Assembly (NCBI GenBank): GCA_030141605.1
Contig: JAQGDQ010000019.1
Span: 1,178,001-1,242,000 of the forward strand
Length of the DNA: 64,000 nucleotides
Origin: Tubiluchus corallicola
Taxonomy: Eukaryota > Animalia > Priapulida
Direction of reading: 5' to 3'
Numbering within the stretch: the stretch's first letter is position 1; each line of letters opens with the position of its first letter. Below are positions 58,501-64,000 of the stretch, in pieces. A model generated the notes under the pieces. The model was given only the letters and a program-made list of their open reading frames with translations, was not told where the DNA came from and made no database searches. Made by a program: the position numbers and the translations under genes.

Positions 58501-61500
58501 AAGTTTATTGGAAAAAAATGATAACTTTGTGGTTCCAGTATTATTATTGTTAATTTAAGCTAAATTTAGAATATTTTTTATACTGATCTCGTAAAGTGAC
58601 TGAAAATGCAGCTGCAGAGATAGTGCTAAAAAAGAAAACATTATATTTGATTTTTTTCAAATGGCAATTTCATACCTACTTTTTACACCTGATATTAAAG
58701 TAAAAACCCATTCATACTTTGCGCTTATTTTTATTGTCCATTTGTGAAGAAGAGAAAATATGAAACAGAATTTCAAGGTTTTTCCAATATTTACACGTGC
58801 AACAACTGTACAGGTTAACTAACTATTAAATCTAATACACAGCTATTTATTACTATTGGAAGGGGGGAGTTCTAACATAAAAGGATTTTAATGTAGAAAA
58901 CTGCAATATTTACCTACCACACAGTAAAAAATATAAATTAACATGTAAGTTACTGCTTTAGTAGATTTTTACTTGTTTTAAACTCCACTGCGAATGAATA
59001 ATGTGCATATGTCATTTGGCATGCATTATGTGAAACACGAAGCCATTATGCAAATATTTCCCCATGCTGTCCACTCAGATGTACTAGCCAGCTGTTCACG
59101 CTCAGCAGACACATAAATTTAAATGTTAAACAGAAAGTTTAACACACTACGTTCAAAATAACTGTTTTAAAAATAAAAGTTTATATAATTTTTGTTATTT
59201 TAAAAAGAAATCATCATTTTGACTGCAATTCATTAACTACCTACTCGATGCGTCATTCGATGATGAACTTGATGAACTTATGACTGCATAGTGATACTGT
59301 AAGTGCATTGCTATCAGTCTGTGCCATTTAGAAGTGCCATTTAACTGTGTTTAACTCCAGAACCTGAATATCATAGTTGAATTTTTTACCAAAATGCAAT
59401 GAATTTTCAGGAGATTATTATGCAACTAGCCAAACACCGCAAAAGAATTTTGTGCATAAACTTACAATGACAACCCATACCATACCACACCACACCACAC
59501 AACCACCCACCTCCCCACTCACAAAACACTACCCACACCACACCACTGTACACCACACCACCCACACCCTACCACCCCACCACATTATCTACACCACATC
59601 ACCCACACCACACCACCCTGACCAAACTACATCACAACCACGCACCACTCTACCAACACCACACCACAACCCACCCCACCACACCTTCCGCAGCACAACA
59701 CCTACAGCACACCATTCTCAGCACACACACCACACCCACCACTTCATATGGTGATCATGATGTTGATGACTATGATGATGATGATGACGACATCTACAGC
59801 ACCAACACCAACAGTACAGCATCACAATTAGACCATGCTAAACACTTTGCACAAAGTCGAAACTGTGTGCTCTAATAAATGCTCTTAGTCTGTCTACCAA
59901 TGATCAATAATGTGCGGACAATCTACATAGTTTTGTTTGCTGCTTCTCAGATTATAATTAGGCTAACAGAAGTTATTTATATGTAAAATCTATAACACTG
60001 TAGAATGACGGGACACTGCGTGGAAGAGCCGCGAAATTTCTCAAACTCAAAGACAATGGATGTTCCAAATAGCGTGCAGCACAGGGGGTTAAAAAAGAAC
60101 CTCGAATCTAATGGACATCTCTCCTAGTGAAACCTTCAGCATATTGTAGATCGTTTCGTCGTATTTCTGCGAGTGTGTTTATTTTTTCTTAACTTGCCCA
60201 AGCAGTTGCACAAATTGAGTTTTTCTAGAGGCTGTTTGAGCAGTTTTCAGCAAAATTTCCGTGGTTGGGTCCGGGAAAATACCCATGTAGCGGGTATTCT
60301 TGGCTCTCTCAGTAAATCTAAATATAACTATTACACCCCCACCATTGAACGAGCTATCTAACCATTACTGGCACTGCGCCCGGCACGTTCCCGTTCTCTA
60401 GAAATAAGAGGTATAAGTTTCGATTCGAAAAATAAATCCCCGGGTGCGAACCTGTAGGTGGAGACCTTTCATTTTGATGTATAGATCGTCAAGAATGGTG
60501 CCGTCGTTGCAGCTGTAGCCTCGTCTGTTACATATATATATATACCACCGAAATTAATATATAGAAATAAGTTACTTTGTTCAGTAAGACGCCTACCCGG
60601 AAAAATTGTGTGTTCGAGGGTACGTAGACAAATCCACTCTTGATAAAGCACTAATCAGATCGCCAACCTTACTGCTAATCAGAAAACTGCATAGCATGCA
60701 GTTATTGCATGGTAAAATCGTCTATTTGCTTAATTAGTTGATTATTTTTACAAAATCGATTGAAATATTTTTCAGAATGAGTGTTTCTGCATTTTTGTGA
60801 AAAAACAGTAGTGTGGCTGGGCTTTTACATTGCTATATGTATAGTCTGTCATTTGACTTAAACTACATAGATCGTGACAGCAGACCACAGGCTGTGGTGC
60901 ATAACGGAGCACCTAAGATGATGAAATATTAAGGATTTTTTTGCATATAAGTCAACTAAAAATTATACTATCAGATATTGAATCATATATGCTTGAAGGT
61001 ATCAGAATACGTTAAAATCAATTTATATTTTTTTATTATGATTGTTATCATCATCATCATCATCATCATCATTGCTCTTATTGAGTTCATCATCCCATTC
61101 TCTTTTTCCTTATTCTGGATCATTATAATCATTATTATGATGAACTGATAATTAACATATTTTGTAACCAAGCTAATGTGACTGTATATGGATTTTTAAT
61201 ATATTTTAGTATATGGTTGCTCAGAAGAAAGATGGTTTATTAAATTATAGAGGTGTGTCAGTTCAGTATCAAACGTATTTCGATGTCCAGCTTTTGGAAA
61301 CAGTAAGCCTACATAAAAGTCAAATATTGACTTGCCGGATAAGTAATCGTGTGACTAGTATAGTTTTGAATTCTTATACCTTCGCTTACTAAACTCTTGA
61401 ATACCTTAACAAGAACTTGTTAAATGACAAAAATCATGAAAAACTGTTTGTTTACAATGAGTTACGAAGATTAAAAATAGAAAACATGGACAAACAAACC

Positions 61501-62218
61501 TTTTCAAAATTTTATTTTTATATGAATTTTGCACTTTTCACTTTCTTGTCATGCAAATGATGTTATTTAATGTCATAGTAAATGACATGTTGATTCTTCT
61601 ACGATGTTTTGCTACTGTTTACCTAATTAAAAATAACACGTACTTATTTAATGTTTTATAGGTTCCAAGCACATCATTCTATCCTTTATTATATAGCAGG
61701 AAAGGGGTAAGGAGTAAGGAGTAAAGGCCGAGCACTTTCAACTTACAACTAAATAACTTGAACATTCAACATATTTAAGATTTTATGCAAACTGTTGTTC
61801 TCTCTGTTACTCACAAGAATAGTGAGCTGTTAGTTACTCAAATCTCTGGTGGATTAAAAAAAATTCTATGTTTTTATCTAACTTTTTTTGTTAATACTAT
61901 AAACAGCTTTAGTATAAGTGTTTAATTGTAAATGGAGAATATTGTGTACTGAAGATATTTCAGTTTCTTTATTTTTGTAAGAAAAGCATGACCAATAATA
62001 TTCATTGTGCACTGTGTATAGTCACTACACTCCAATACTATCTATAGTTTCCTGCCTTTGTTACAGAAATCATCCAGTGACACTCCCATGAGTCTCATCA
62101 AAGTAACACCAAAGAGAGAGCTCTTACAGTTGATTCCAGTAGAGCTGCTACCTGGATTCCATGTGTTTACAAAACACTTAATGCGAGTGCGATCTGCAAA
62201 ACTTATCGCAAGCATAGA
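52130..62218 (+). CDS. TFB2M: Mitochondrial transcription factor B2 / dimethyladenosine transferase 2 (3'-partial)
   Basis: In-frame exons 52130-52210 (or 52369-52449), 52808-52979, 53477-53542, 54375-54466, 57532-57679, 58015-58163, 61210-61302, 61662-61706, 62067-62218. Basic, amphipathic, targeting-peptide-like N-terminus; SAM-binding IFEITPGPGVLTKKLL; KWTDDPPVRIVG; IYSLGRCELCLFM; YRGVSVQYQTYFD; LIKVTPKRELL; RSAKLI. These fit TFB2M better than TFB1M. Final exon not found in the window. Confidence 0.9.
56052..56705. mobile_element. hAT-family MITE with perfect 8-bp TSD in TFB2M intron
   Basis: TIRs cagggccggaactag / ctagttccgcccctg, flanked on both sides by ACTTTCAG. Confidence 0.9.
59470..59745. 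repeat. Degenerate (CACCA)n low-complexity tract
   Basis: C/A-rich pentamer-like repeats; source of the spurious His/Thr/Pro ORF 59377-59754. Confidence 0.85.
61046..61072. repeat. (ATC)n microsatellite
   Basis: atcatcatcatcatcatcatc. Confidence 0.85.
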
Positions 62219-64000
62219 GTATGTAGTAAACATTTAAATAGTATTCTAAAGTAACAAATTGCATTTTCTTTTCCTGCTTTGCTTTGCATGCATAGTAGTT
62301 TCAAAGAAAAGAGTTGAGATGCAGGCAGGTTTATGCTTTTTATGAGACATATAATCTTTGTAGCACTTGCCAGGTTGCAGATGATCATTATGTGACAACA
62401 GACAACTTTATGTATACTTGGAAGCTATGAGAATTCAAGCACACTGAGGCGATACAAGAAACGAATTCAATTTAGAATGGAATATTAGCATTTGCTTTTA
62501 CAAGGAATAACTGCACTTCTAAAAACAGCAACTAATTTGTAAAGCTATTGGAAAAAACACATTTTACATCTTATTAGAATCATGAGATTTTTGCACATTG
62601 CCATGTTTTAATTGATAACACCAGCAGTTAAAAAACAGGCAAACATAAAATTAGGCTGCTATATTAGGATGACTGAAGTCACAGTCTTTTCACGTATTAA
62701 GCCATTGTTGTAATTTGGTATTCTATTTTTGAGTGCTGTCTACATTTTTATGTTTTTCGAATTACTCCTAGCCAAATGTTTCATTAATATCAAATATTTC
62801 ATTAGGAGGGAATATACATTAATGGACAATTAATTCAATTCACCTTTTATTTCAGCATTAAAATTGCCATATAGTACACCAAAAAAGATAATTACAACAC
62901 ATACACACAAAATGCACGGACAGTATACATGTAGTGCCATGTTGTTGCTACATTTTGTGTGCACCACCTGGTATGTAGTCATAATTTTGTAAAACATGCA
63001 TGGCATGTAAGCTGAGCTAAAAAAATTAATAGTTGGGATAGGTGTAAGATGCATTTGGTTAAACACAATGGAAATGCTCTCTTGCATATCATATTGTGAT
63101 GGTCTTTATGGATTTTTAATTATATCGTCAGATTTAGCTAAATGATAATGCTTCTGTAGTCCATTTATAATTTTATGGGTTCTACTTTTATTTTAAAAAA
63201 ATTCTGAAAAGAAAATTGTGCCATTGCTGCCATAAGGAAATCACATCGTCATTATGTTGTGACAGTGTCATTATGGGCCTTGATTGTGAATATCTGAATA
63301 TAGTGTATCAAGACAAAAAAAGCTTGCGTTTATCTGGTAATCATTGACCAAATTTCACAATGTTGCACTTGTTTGAAACGTGAAAAACATACACTGTAAT
63401 CTAGATAGGACTTGATTAAGATGAACCTTTAAATTTCAAAAATGTTTGAAACTGAAAATTAGCCAGTAGTAGTGTCCTTTATTTTAATAACAAGTTAAAG
63501 AGCTAGTCGGTTTGCAGTATGCCTATTTTTACAACTTTACATGAATTTTAAACTATAAAAATACTGTTGTCTTCCATACTGTTTTTATTCGATTTAAAAG
63601 CTTAAATTACATTTTGCTGGAAAATTGATATATTCAATTCAAATTTGAAACTTTCCATTCATTTCCCAACCTTAACTACTACAGAACACTGAGCTTGTCA
63701 GCTCTTCCATTTTGTAAGGGTTGCAGTGTTTCTGTGAAAGGAGAAAAAGCAACAAATTTACACAATTTACTTTCCACAATATTCTGTACTAAGATGATTG
63801 TTAGTACAGAATATTGTGGACTCCCTCAGTTGTTAGCAAAGGGCGTAGCCAGTTTCTAAAGTTAGGGGAAGCAAGCACATAAAAAAGGCGCGATGACCAC
63901 ACCAAACAATTTTTAACTCATTGATTATATATTTTAATTTTGTGTTTGAAATCAAATACGGGGTACAGTTTTAAAGGAAGTACGCAATTGTAATTTTGTA

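Noticed and set aside
59260-59367. Possible C/D box snoRNA (ATGATGA ... CTGA) in a TFB2M intron
   Set aside because: No convincing terminal stem and no recognisable rRNA-antisense element; TGA repeats are common here.
59377-59754. 125-aa His/Thr/Pro-rich ORF
   Set aside because: Translation of a CACCA low-complexity tract inside a TFB2M intron.
59995-60402. CACT-ended TIR element (cactgtagaatgacggga ... ttcccgttctctag)
   Set aside because: Right end incomplete and no TSD; cannot be classified.

Overview
AT-rich, intron-containing animal (invertebrate-like) genomic DNA; no prokaryotic features. Five protein-coding genes were assembled by hand from GT-AG splice sites and reading frame. (1) The 3' end of a TRIM9/TRIM67-type E3 ligase (FN3 + SPRY exons, +, 13677-17951); its upstream exons were not recognised in the window. 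(2) A fatty-acid-binding protein with an uninterrupted CDS (-, 9087-9488), antisense to TRIM9 and apparently inside a large TRIM9 intron. (3) A complete exportin-1/CRM1 gene (-, 22 coding exons, about 1067 aa, 21183-41279), converging on TRIM9. (4) A roughly 989-aa secreted S9-type alpha/beta-hydrolase of unknown function (-, 4 coding exons, 44364-49828). (5) Head-to-head with it, mitochondrial transcription factor B2 (TFB2M-like, +, 52130 to beyond 62218; last exon not found), whose start-codon/targeting-peptide exon is tandemly duplicated. Introns carry LINE fragments (CR1/L2, RTE) and hAT- and pogo/Tigger-type MITEs. A minimal hammerhead-ribozyme motif of the Penelope type lies just upstream of TFB2M. 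All gene names rest on recalled family motifs, not database searches.
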